The position numbers and the translations under genes were made by a program. The notes under the pieces are model-generated. The model was not told where the DNA came from. It searched no databases and worked only from the letters and a program-made list of their open reading frames with translations. This document shows positions 8,702-17,238 of a stretch of 42,658 bases of DNA, piece after piece (position 1 is the stretch's first letter; every line of letters begins with the position of its first letter). This DNA is from an uncultured Myxococcota bacterium (GTDB lineage: Bacteria > Myxococcota_A > Polyangia > Polyangiales > Houyiibacteriaceae): NCBI GenBank assembly GCA_964196015.1, contig CAXMRM010000178.1, positions 1 to 42,658 of the forward strand, written 5' to 3'.

Positions 8702-9714
8702 TCTCGAACGCGATCAAAGAGCTCGTTGCGGGGCGTGATTTGTCCCCAGGCGACGTCGAGTCCGCAATGGATGCCATCCTCGATGGAAAGGCGTCGAGCG
8801 TTCAAATCGCGGCGTTCGTCGTGGCGCTTCGCATGAAAGGCGAATCTGCAGACGAAATCGCCGCTGCTGCGCGCGCGCTTCGCAAGCATTGTGAAACCAT
8901 TCAACCTAAGGTCGATGGCCCGCTGCTCGACACCTGCGGCACGGGCGGCGATGGCCTGCACACGTTCAACATCTCGACGGCCGCGGCGGTAGTCGCGGCG
9001 GCGTGTGGTGTTGCGGTCGCGAAGCACGGCAACCGTGCCGTTTCATCGAAGGCGGGGAGCGCGGACGCGTTGGAGGCGCTCGGCGTACGCATCGATCTCA
9101 CGCCGGAACGAGTCCAGCAATGCATCGAGCAGGTGGGTATCGGCTTTCTGTTCGCGCCGAGTCACCACGCTGCCATGCGGCACGTTGCGCCGGTGCGCCG
9201 AGCGCTCCGGATTCGGACGATCTTCAACCTGCTCGGGCCGCTATCCAACCCGGCGTCGGCGACCCATCAGCTGGTCGGGGTCTACGACGCCGCGCGGGTC
9301 GAGCAATTGGCACAGGCTCTCGGGGCGCTTGGTCTGACCGCTGCTTGGGTCGTGCACGGCCATGGCGGGCTCGACGAGGTCTCCCCGTCCGGGCCAACGA
9401 CCGTTGCCCAGTTGCTCGAGGGCAAAGTCACGACGTTCGAAGTAAGCCCTGGCGACTTCGGCCTGTCCGAGGTGCCCATCGAAGCGCTTCGAGGTGGAGA
9501 CGCGCATCGCAACGCGGACATCATTCGTGGCGTGTTGCGTGGTGACCAGGGGCCGGCGCGCGTCGCCGTTCTGCTCAACGCGGCCGCGGCACTGTGCGTC
9601 ACGGGGCTTGCTAGCGATCGAAGGGCGGCCGTAGAGCGCGCGGCCGCGGCGATCGACAGCGGCGCGGCCCAGGAAACGCTCGAGCGTTGGGCTCGATTCA
9701 CGCGAGACGCATGA
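8698..9714 (+). CDS. trpD: anthranilate phosphoribosyltransferase
   Basis: [50 protein letters not shown] is the canonical TrpD core. Confidence 0.92.
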   Translation: MISNAIKELVAGRDLSPGDVESAMDAILDGKASSVQIAAFVVALRMKGESADEIAAAARALRKHCETIQPKVDGPLLDTCGTGGDGLHTFNISTAAAVVAAACGVAVAKHGNRAVSSKAGSADALEALGVRIDLTPERVQQCIEQVGIGFLFAPSHHAAMRHVAPVRRALRIRTIFNLLGPLSNPASATHQLVGVYDAARVEQLAQALGALGLTAAWVVHGHGGLDEVSPSGPTTVAQLLEGKVTTFEVSPGDFGLSEVPIEALRGGDAHRNADIIRGVLRGDQGPARVAVLLNAAAALCVTGLASDRRAAVERAAAAIDSGAAQETLERWARFTRDA

Positions 9715-10508
9715 CGGACTATCTCTCGGCGATTCTCGCGCGCAAGCGACGCGAAAACTCACGTCGGCGCAGACACACTGCGCAGAGACGGCCCGTCGAG
9801 CGCCCGCCGCAACCCGAGCGGTCCGCGCGAGGCATTCGAGCCCTGCGTCGCGCGCCGGGCGAGTCACCGTCTGTGATCGCGGAGGTGAAGTTTCGGAGTC
9901 CGAGCGCCGGCGAGATCCGCCGTTGGAGCGCGGGCGAGGCTGTCCGAGTCGCACAGGGCTACGAACGTGGTGGGGCTTCGGTCGTCAGCGTCTTGGCCGA
10001 TGGTCCGGGCTTTGGGGGCTCGCCGTTGCTCGTCAGGCGAGTCGCGCAAGCGGTGAACGTTCCCGTTCTCTACAAGGGGTTCGTTCTCGATGCGATTCAG
10101 GTCGACCTGGCGTACGACGTGGGTGCGTCGCTGGTCCTGCTGCTCGTTCGCGCGCTCGAGGATTCCGATCTCCGCGCGCTGATCCAGCAAATTCGCTTGC
10201 TCGGCATGGAGCCCGTCGTGGAGGCTGCCAACTCCTATGAGGTCGATCGTGCGGTCGCTGCGGGGTCGACGATCATCGGCGTCAACGCGCGTGACTTGAG
10301 CACATTCCGCGTCGACAAGGACGCGGCACGGACCTGCGTTGAACGAGTGCCCCCCGAGTCTGTGGCTGTGTTCATGAGCGGCGTACGCACAGTCGACGAG
10401 TTCCGCGATGTCGCTCAGGGACGCGCGGACGCCGTGCTGATTGGCGAAGGGCTCATGCGGTCCGAGGATCCGGGCGCTCGCCTGTCAGAGCTCTTGAGCT
10501 CGGTCTGA
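9711..10508 (+). CDS. trpC: indole-3-glycerol phosphate synthase
   Basis: ILARKRRE ... VIAEVKFRSPSAG ... IIGVNARDL motifs. The ATG at 9711 overlaps the trpD stop (ATGA). The track start at 9687 is less likely. Confidence 0.9.
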   Translation: MTDYLSAILARKRRENSRRRRHTAQRRPVERPPQPERSARGIRALRRAPGESPSVIAEVKFRSPSAGEIRRWSAGEAVRVAQGYERGGASVVSVLADGPGFGGSPLLVRRVAQAVNVPVLYKGFVLDAIQVDLAYDVGASLVLLLVRALEDSDLRALIQQIRLLGMEPVVEAANSYEVDRAVAAGSTIIGVNARDLSTFRVDKDAARTCVERVPPESVAVFMSGVRTVDEFRDVAQGRADAVLIGEGLMRSEDPGARLSELLSSV

Positions 10509-12168
10509 CCAATTCTTGCTCCAGCGGGAGCGTCACCCTGAAGCACGTGCCCGCGCCCTTGCCGTCGATGACCTCGATTCGCCCCTGATGTTGGTCGACG
10601 ATCTGCCTCACCAGCGCGAGCCCCAGCCCCACGCCGTGTCCTCGGCCCGAATAGAACATATCGAAGAGCCGCTCCCGGTGAGCCGCCCCGATACCGGGGC
10701 CCTCATCTGCAACTTCTAGGAAGGCGCGGCCCGCTTGGTCGCGTCCCGTGCGGACCTCGACCTTGCCGCGGCGAGGCGACGCCTGCACCGCGTTTTTGAC
10801 GAGGTTCCAAACGACCTGCCGCATCCTATCCGGATCGACCATCACGATGACAGGCTCCTCTGGTCTAGTCTCGTCGATTCGCAGGCCGTTGCTCGCCGTC
10901 GATTCGCCCCGGGCTACGGCAACCACCTCGCTTGCGATTGAGCGGAGGTCGAGCGGTTCCGTCTCGATCTGACTAGGGCGTCCCACTTGCAGCATGGTCG
11001 TCACCAGGGAGTTCAGCCGCTCGACTTCGGAGATGACGATGCCCAACAGCCGTCTATCTTCCGTGCCAAGCGCGTCGCATTCGCGGACCATTTCCACCGA
11101 GCCGGAGATCGAACTCAGCGGGTTTCGAATCTCGTGTGCGAGTCCGGTGGCAAGCTGTCCAAGTGCGGCGAGGCGCTGCGCCCCCTCGGCTTGTTCTCGG
11201 AGCGTCCTGATTTCGGTCAGATCTTGGAAGGCCAGAAGCAGACCGGACGGGTTTCCGCTCGCGTCTAGGAGGGCGCTAAGCGTATAGCCTATCGGGAACT
11301 CGCTTCCGTCGGCCCGCCTTCCGATCGCGTCGGCCCGCTTCGGCGGCTCGCGCAGGGGTCGCGTCGCATAGCTTGGAAGCACGTTGGAAAGGGGGTTACC
11401 AAGGAGCGTCCCGGTGTGGTCCCGCAAGATCTCCTGTGCCGCGCGGTTGACGCCGAGGATACGCCCGTCGTCGTCAGCGGTGATTAGGCCGGACGCGATT
11501 GAACGAACGATGTCGTCATTGAGGCGGACCAGTCGGGCTGCGCTTTGCTGCGCCTCGATGAGCCGTATGCCTGCCACCTGGGCGCGTCGCGCAAGGTTGG
11601 TCGCCAGTACTGCAACGGCCGCAATGCCCACCACGTTGGAGACCAAGGCCAGCTGGAAATCTCGCAAGCTGAGCACATACTGACTGAGCGGCTGGTCTGG
11701 CGGTGGCGGTAGCCAGCCGACGTTGAGAGCGAGTCCCTGCATGACGTAGCAAGCGAGGCTTGCGGCGGCGGTGTAATAGGCAGCTCTCGTCCCGAGAGTG
11801 AGCGCGGCGGTGAGGATCTGCGCGCCGTAGAGGAAGGAAAAGATGCTCCCCGCGCCGCCGGTCAGGTACACCAAGCCCGTGATCAGCAGCACGTCCAAGG
11901 TGGTGACGGCGGCCGCGACGAGGTTCTCCTGGCGGCCGCGGAGCAGCCAGACGCCAAACAGGATTGACGAGCCGTAGATAGCCGAGATCAGAATCAGCAG
12001 GAAGGTGGGCGTGAAGCGGCCGTACCGAATCGCGTCGAGCGCCAAGTACATCGTGGCGCCCAGCAAAACGGTCGCGATGATGAGCCGAGCTCCCAGGACC
12101 CACTGTAGCCGTCGGTGCGGATCGGGATCCTCGCGCCGTCCGGTCGGGTTCTCTGGCGGCTGAATCAC
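10453..12168 (-). CDS. PilS-like sensor histidine kinase (about 6 TM helices + PAS + HisKA + HATPase)
   Basis: H-box LAHEIRNPL, N-box NLVKNAVQA, G1 DEGPGI, G2 GVGLGLALV. About six N-terminal TM helices precede a PAS-like segment. The GTG start overlaps the pilC stop by 1 nt (TAGTG). Confidence 0.85.
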   Translation of the reverse strand: MIQPPENPTGRREDPDPHRRLQWVLGARLIIATVLLGATMYLALDAIRYGRFTPTFLLILISAIYGSSILFGVWLLRGRQENLVAAAVTTLDVLLITGLVYLTGGAGSIFSFLYGAQILTAALTLGTRAAYYTAAASLACYVMQGLALNVGWLPPPPDQPLSQYVLSLRDFQLALVSNVVGIAAVAVLATNLARRAQVAGIRLIEAQQSAARLVRLNDDIVRSIASGLITADDDGRILGVNRAAQEILRDHTGTLLGNPLSNVLPSYATRPLREPPKRADAIGRRADGSEFPIGYTLSALLDASGNPSGLLLAFQDLTEIRTLREQAEGAQRLAALGQLATGLAHEIRNPLSSISGSVEMVRECDALGTEDRRLLGIVISEVERLNSLVTTMLQVGRPSQIETEPLDLRSIASEVVAVARGESTASNGLRIDETRPEEPVIVMVDPDRMRQVVWNLVKNAVQASPRRGKVEVRTGRDQAGRAFLEVADEGPGIGAAHRERLFDMFYSGRGHGVGLGLALVRQIVDQHQGRIEVIDGKGAGTCFRVTLPLEQELVRPSSRALTGERPDPRTA

Positions 12169-13376
12169 TACCCGTTGACTTTACCCGCGATCGAGAAGAT
12201 CGGCAGGTACATCGATATGAGGATCACGCCGACGATCCCGCCGATGAACACCATCATCAACGGCTCGAGCAAAGAGGTGAGGGCGGCGACCGCGATGTCG
12301 ACCTCGTCCTCATAGAAGTCTGCGATCTTATTGAGCATGGTGTCCAAGGCGCCCGTCTGTTCACCGACGCCGATCATCTGCACGACCATCGGCGGGAACA
12401 CGTTGGTTTCCATGAGTGGCTCGGCCATCGTGCGGCCCTCGCGGATCTTGTTGGACGTTTCCTGAATCGCCTCTTCGATGATGACGTTACCGGCCGACTT
12501 CTTCACGACGTCGAGTGAGTCGAGGATCGGAACGCCAGCGGAGAGGAGTGTGCCCAGCGTACGCGTGAAACGGGCAACCGCGATCTTCCGCATCACCGGC
12601 CCGAGAATTGGAATAACCAGCAACGTCCTGTGGAAGAAATGCTTGCCGACCGGCTGACGATAGACCCACGTGGTTCCGAAAACGAACGCGGCCGTCGCTA
12701 AGATGATCCAGTGAACATTGGAAAGGAAGCCTTCCGAGGCTGAGATGACTAACTGCGTGAGCGCAGGCAGGCCTTCCTCGCCTCCGAACTCCGAGAACAT
12801 CGCCTTGAAGCTCGGAATGACCCACGCAAGCATGACCACCACGACGATGACCGCTACGAAGAAAATCGCGCTCGGGTAAACCATCGCGCCGCGAACCTGC
12901 CGGGCGAGCTTGACGCGCTTCTCGATGTACCCCGCGAGGCGGTCGAGAATCGTGTCGAGGATACCGCCCATCTCGCCGGCGCGGACCAGGTTGACGAAGA
13001 GCTCGTCGAAAAGTTTGGGGTGTCTCGCCAGACCCTCCGAGAAGGTGCCCCCTTGCTCAACGTGGTTTTTCACGTCTTTGAGGATCGCGTTGAGGGCCTT
13101 GTTGTCACCTCGTGTCGACAGGATGTCCAGACACTGAACGAGGGGCAGACCTGCATCGATCATCGTCGCGAATTGACGCGTGAAGACGACCAGCTCCTTT
13201 GACGTGACACCGGTACCGAGCGACAGCTTGAGCTTGCGCCCCTTCTTCTTGATCGTGACCGGGTTGAGCTGTCGCGCGCGCAGCCTCGACTGCACAGCGT
13301 CCTTGCTGTCCGCCTCGATGATTCCTGTTTGGACTTCGCCCGCGCGAGTGCGCGCTTCGTATACCCACTCGGCCAT
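12168..13376 (-). CDS. pilC: type IV pilus platform protein PilC (GspF/T2SS-F family)
   Basis: 402 aa with a duplicated T2SS-F domain architecture and three TM segments. The ATG at 13376 is preceded by GGAGA. Confidence 0.9.
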   Translation of the reverse strand: MAEWVYEARTRAGEVQTGIIEADSKDAVQSRLRARQLNPVTIKKKGRKLKLSLGTGVTSKELVVFTRQFATMIDAGLPLVQCLDILSTRGDNKALNAILKDVKNHVEQGGTFSEGLARHPKLFDELFVNLVRAGEMGGILDTILDRLAGYIEKRVKLARQVRGAMVYPSAIFFVAVIVVVVMLAWVIPSFKAMFSEFGGEEGLPALTQLVISASEGFLSNVHWIILATAAFVFGTTWVYRQPVGKHFFHRTLLVIPILGPVMRKIAVARFTRTLGTLLSAGVPILDSLDVVKKSAGNVIIEEAIQETSNKIREGRTMAEPLMETNVFPPMVVQMIGVGEQTGALDTMLNKIADFYEDEVDIAVAALTSLLEPLMMVFIGGIVGVILISMYLPIFSIAGKVNG

Positions 13377-13480
13377 GAATTCTCCGCCCGATCCCCTCTG
13401 GGCCTTTCAAAATCCTAGCTGATTTGGGATCGCCTGGTCAAAAGCGAGGCCTAATTCCGCTGTGGCTGCCGCCTGCCGGA

Positions 13481-15046
13481 CTAGTTCCGGTACGGGTTCT
13501 GGATGTCGATATCGACCGGATCCGCCTTTGGCGCCGGTGCCGGCGGAGGCGGAGCGTCCTTCTTTGCAGGCTTTTGGGGCCTGGGAGCACGCGTGGCCTC
13601 GGGCCGGCTCTTCGGGCGCGCCGGTCCTCGACGAGGCCGCGGAGATGCCGTCCTGCTCTCGCGTTCCGGTGCTGGCTTGGCCTCTTGGGGTGCGCTCGCG
13701 GCTTCCGTCTTCGTCGGTGTGACACGCGGAGTCGGCTCTACCTCTGCAGCCGGGCTTCGTTCTGCGGGTTGCCGTGCTCCGGGGGCCCGCAGGAGCTGCC
13801 ATACCAAGAAGCCGGCGTACAAGAAGACGACGACGGCAAGAACCATCACGAACCACTTCAACGCATTGGAGTCAGACGCGGTGCGTACCAGAACCGGCGT
13901 GCCGTCGCTGAGGACTCCCGAGACGCTCCCGTGAACGTATGACCCGGTGCCGCCTTCTCGACTGTAGTTCTTGCTTCCAGATGGGGTGCCCACACGAGGC
14001 ATCGGAACTCTCGACTCTGCGATCTCCGCGCGTCCGAGCATCTCGATGGCGTCGCGCGCCCGCATGCGCTCACCCTGGAGCTTCTCGGCATCCAAGGAGC
14101 GAACTACTTCAGCGACGTCACGTGTCTTGGCGACTCCGGTGCGCCCGGCCGCGTCGTCGAGCGCCTCACCGAACTCGTCGGCATTCTGAAATCGGTCTTC
14201 GGGATTTCGGCTCAGGGCCTTCATCACCACGTCGTCGAATTGCTCGAGGTCCGGCCAGAGCTCGGATGGCTTCACAATCGTGTCGTTGAGCAGTTTGTTG
14301 AGCGTGGCGGCGTTGGACTCGCCCTTGAAAAGGCGCCTGCCGGTCAGTGACTCCCAAAGCATGATTCCCACGCTGAATAGATCGGAGCGTTGGTCGGTTT
14401 CGCCCGATGACGCTTGCTCGGGCGCCATGTACGAGAGCTTGCCCTTGAACTGACCTGCTCGCGTCGATGCCATACGCACATCGGCTTTTGCAACGCCGAA
14501 GTCCGTGAGCCGAGCAATGCCGTCGGTTCCGACGAGGATATTGTGCGGTGAGACGTCGCGGTGGACGAGCCTCAGGGCCTTTCCATGCTCGTCAACGAGG
14601 CGGTGCGCAGCGCTAAGGCCTTGCAGCGTATCGATGAGCACCCGACAAACAAAAGGTCGCGGGAGCCTGTCGCCCTGTTTGGCCGCGCGACCGAGAAGGA
14701 CACCGAGATGATTGCCTTCGATGTACTCCATCACGAGGAAGTAGCCGTCGCCCGGACTGTCGCTGATGTCGAGCGTGGGCACCACATTCATGTGACGGAT
14801 CCTGGCTGCGAGGCGCGCCTCGTCCAAGAACATCGAAACGAACTCCTGCTCGTATGCGAGGTGGGGATGCAACACCTTGATCGCGACGAGCCTCTCGAAT
14901 CCCGCGACGCCTTGTGCGCGCGCGAGGTACACCGACGCCATTCCGCCGGACGCCAGCTGCGTCAGGATCTCGTAGCGGCCGAGTTGCCGACCCGCCATCC
15001 GTCGGGGCAGCCGCTCACCTCCTGGTGCGCCGGCCGGTGCGTTCAT
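13481..15046 (-). CDS. Hanks-type Ser/Thr protein kinase with a TM helix and a Pro/Lys/Arg-rich C-terminal tail
   Basis: GGMASVYLA, VAIKVL, HRDVSPHNILV, DFGVAKA and SYMAPEQ motifs. TM helix WFVMVLAVVVFLYAGFLVWQLL. ATG at 15046 (TTG at 15049 in the track) overlaps the upstream TGA. Confidence 0.9.
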   Translation of the reverse strand: MNAPAGAPGGERLPRRMAGRQLGRYEILTQLASGGMASVYLARAQGVAGFERLVAIKVLHPHLAYEQEFVSMFLDEARLAARIRHMNVVPTLDISDSPGDGYFLVMEYIEGNHLGVLLGRAAKQGDRLPRPFVCRVLIDTLQGLSAAHRLVDEHGKALRLVHRDVSPHNILVGTDGIARLTDFGVAKADVRMASTRAGQFKGKLSYMAPEQASSGETDQRSDLFSVGIMLWESLTGRRLFKGESNAATLNKLLNDTIVKPSELWPDLEQFDDVVMKALSRNPEDRFQNADEFGEALDDAAGRTGVAKTRDVAEVVRSLDAEKLQGERMRARDAIEMLGRAEIAESRVPMPRVGTPSGSKNYSREGGTGSYVHGSVSGVLSDGTPVLVRTASDSNALKWFVMVLAVVVFLYAGFLVWQLLRAPGARQPAERSPAAEVEPTPRVTPTKTEAASAPQEAKPAPERESRTASPRPRRGPARPKSRPEATRAPRPQKPAKKDAPPPPAPAPKADPVDIDIQNPYRN

Positions 15047-16026
15047 CAAAAGCGTCCTTTGATCGTCAAGGCGCCGCCTTTGCTGCTCACCCCAATCGAG
15101 GGCTCAATGCGTTTGGAAGCCGCCGCCCGAGACTCTCCCTTCCAGTTGGTGAATACGCCCAGAACCGCAGTGGTCACCGCCATTCCGGCCGTGACACCAA
15201 TGAGGATGTTGGTCCGGCGTTCTTTGTCGCGGCCTTCTTCGAGGAGTGATTGCGCGATTTCTTCGGGAGTCGGAGACGCGCCGTTGTTGATGCCAGGCGA
15301 GCTAGCGGTTCGCGCGGCTGACTCGTAGGCGTTCACGCCCTTGTTGGCATCGACCCCTGACCACACCGTGACCGCGCCTAACGCAACGGTCGCCCCGAGT
15401 GACGAAAAGAATGCCCATCGGGGAACCGGCGGAGGAGGCGGAGGCGCGGGTGCGACCAGGCGCACCTTCTTAGTGTCGCCCGCCGCGCCTTGCACGGAGG
15501 TCGACGTTTCGCCGTTGTCGAAAGCAGCCTTGAGTGAGTGCTCCACATCGGGAGTCACGAAGAAGGTGGGGTGTTGGGTCAAAGCACCGTCGAGCTCGAG
15601 AGTGCATTTCTTTTCGCATTCCGCTTCGACGAGAAGGCTTACCGGTTTCATCGACGCGACCAGCCCATCGGCGACCTGTTTCGAGCGCCCATCTGACGGA
15701 TACTCATCTCGCAGTTGTAGCGCGAGGTTGGCGGCTCGAATCGAGTTGCCCGCCTTGTGGTGCGCCCGCACGGCCTGAAGCAGTGCCGTCGACGTCGGCA
15801 CCAGGCGATAGGCTCGCTCGAACCAATGCGCTGCAAGCTCGTAGCGTTCGGACAGGTATGCGGAGGTGCCTTGGTCGTACGCATCGGCAGCCTCTGCTCG
15901 ATCTTCGACCGCGATGCTCTGCGTCTCGTGCTCGGATCTCCCGGCCGCGGCTACAGTGGAAAATAGCAAGCAAAGCGTGAAAGCGAGAGTCGGCATGCAG
16001 CGCCGTAGTTTGGCTGTAGTTTCCAT
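15046..16026 (-). CDS. exported TPR-like / two-TM hypothetical protein coupled to the kinase
   Basis: Start taken at ATG 16026 (METTAKLRRCMPTLAFTLCLLFSTVAAAG signal-like; ATG 15996 is also possible). A TPR-like helical region, a PPPPPPVP linker and two hydrophobic helices follow. The 375-aa track ORF would overlap pilT, so it is trimmed. Confidence 0.6.
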   Translation of the reverse strand: METTAKLRRCMPTLAFTLCLLFSTVAAAGRSEHETQSIAVEDRAEAADAYDQGTSAYLSERYELAAHWFERAYRLVPTSTALLQAVRAHHKAGNSIRAANLALQLRDEYPSDGRSKQVADGLVASMKPVSLLVEAECEKKCTLELDGALTQHPTFFVTPDVEHSLKAAFDNGETSTSVQGAAGDTKKVRLVAPAPPPPPPVPRWAFFSSLGATVALGAVTVWSGVDANKGVNAYESAARTASSPGINNGASPTPEEIAQSLLEEGRDKERRTNILIGVTAGMAVTTAVLGVFTNWKGESRAAASKRIEPSIGVSSKGGALTIKGRF

Positions 16027-16035
16027 TGCCGAAGT

Positions 16036-16067
16036 CCCGCCGTTAACAATAATAAGAATCTGGCGGG
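16036..16067 (-). promoter_or_regulatory. hairpin with an AT-rich 20-nt loop in the pilT-downstream intergenic region
   Basis: CCCGCC (16036-16041) and GGCGGG (16062-16067) flank GTTAACAATAATAAGAATCT, an unusually AT-rich stretch for this window. Function is unknown. Confidence 0.3.
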
Positions 16068-16075
16068 AAGCCGAA

Positions 16076-17215
16076 TCAGGCACCGCCGCGAATCGCCTGC
16101 TGATAGCCCTTTTGGTCGAAATTGGTGAGCATTTGGCGAAATTCGTCGGGCTCAGGAGACCGGATCTCCGCAAGTTCCCGATCCAAGGCGCCGTGGGCGA
16201 CCAGGTGCAGAAGCGACTGATTCATCGTTTGCATGCCCGAGGTACCCTGCCCGGTCTGCATGATGCCGTATATTTGATGGATCTTGTCCTCGCGAATGAG
16301 GTTTCGAATGGCGGCGTTCGGAACGAGGGCCTCACAAGCCATCGCGCGGCCCGGTCCGTCGGCACGGGGCAGCAGCATCTGACTGAGCACACCTTGAAGA
16401 ACGAACGACAACTGAGCGCGAATCTGACTCTGCTGTCCGGAAGGGAACACGTCGATGATACGGTTGATCGATTGCGCTGCAGTGTTGGTGTGAAGCGTGG
16501 CGAACACCAAATGACCCGTTTCAGAAATGGTCAGTGCTGCTTCGATCGTTTCGAGGTCTCGCATCTCGCCGACGAGAACGACGTCGGGGTCCTGACGTAG
16601 AACGTACTTGAGCGCGTCCTTGAAGCCGGCGGTGTCGGAGCCAACCTCTCGCTGGTTCACGACGCAAAGCTTGTTCGAATGGAGGAACTCGATCGGATCC
16701 TCGACGGTCACGATGTGGTGACGATGTTCGCTGTTGATCTTGTCGATCATCGAGGCGAGAGTGGTCGACTTGCCAGAACCCGTCGGCCCAGTGACCAACA
16801 CCAAGCCGCGCGGCCGCGTGCAGAGCTCTTCGATGACCGGCGGCATGCCGAGATCGGACAGCGGTCGAATCTCGAAAGGGATTGCACGAAATGCACCGGA
16901 TACGGCCCCGCGCTGCAGGAAGACGTTGGCCCGGAAGCGCGACAGGGACTTGACGCCGAACGAGAAGTCGATCTCGTGCCCTTTTTCGAAGCGCAAACGC
17001 TGGTCTTCCGTCATGACCTCGTAGCAAAGCGCCTTGCTTTCGCGCGGTTTCAGAGGCGGCGTGCGCAGAGGCACGAGCGAGCCATCGATACGCAATTGCG
17101 GCGGCGAGCCAGTCGTGATGTGCAAATCGGAGGAGCCGCGCTCGACCATGAGCCGGAGCAATTGCCGAAGGGTGAGTTTCGGTGCTTCCTGAGGTGCCGC
17201 CATGGGCCAAAGCAT
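16076..17215 (-). CDS. pilT: type IV pilus retraction ATPase PilT
   Basis: Walker A GPTGSGKST, Walker B DPDVVLVGEMRD, His box GHLVFATLHT and the PilT-specific AIRNLIRE motif. The ATG at 17203 is an alternative start. Confidence 0.92.
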   Translation of the reverse strand: MLWPMAAPQEAPKLTLRQLLRLMVERGSSDLHITTGSPPQLRIDGSLVPLRTPPLKPRESKALCYEVMTEDQRLRFEKGHEIDFSFGVKSLSRFRANVFLQRGAVSGAFRAIPFEIRPLSDLGMPPVIEELCTRPRGLVLVTGPTGSGKSTTLASMIDKINSEHRHHIVTVEDPIEFLHSNKLCVVNQREVGSDTAGFKDALKYVLRQDPDVVLVGEMRDLETIEAALTISETGHLVFATLHTNTAAQSINRIIDVFPSGQQSQIRAQLSFVLQGVLSQMLLPRADGPGRAMACEALVPNAAIRNLIREDKIHQIYGIMQTGQGTSGMQTMNQSLLHLVAHGALDRELAEIRSPEPDEFRQMLTNFDQKGYQQAIRGGA

Positions 17216-17238
17216 ACCAGAGGGTCAGGCGATATGCC

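Noticed and set aside
13377-13480. Possible terminator or sigma54 promoter between the kinase gene and pilC
   Set aside because: Only a 4-bp stem (GCCT...AGGC) is present. There is no U-tract and no TGGCAC-N5-TTGC match.
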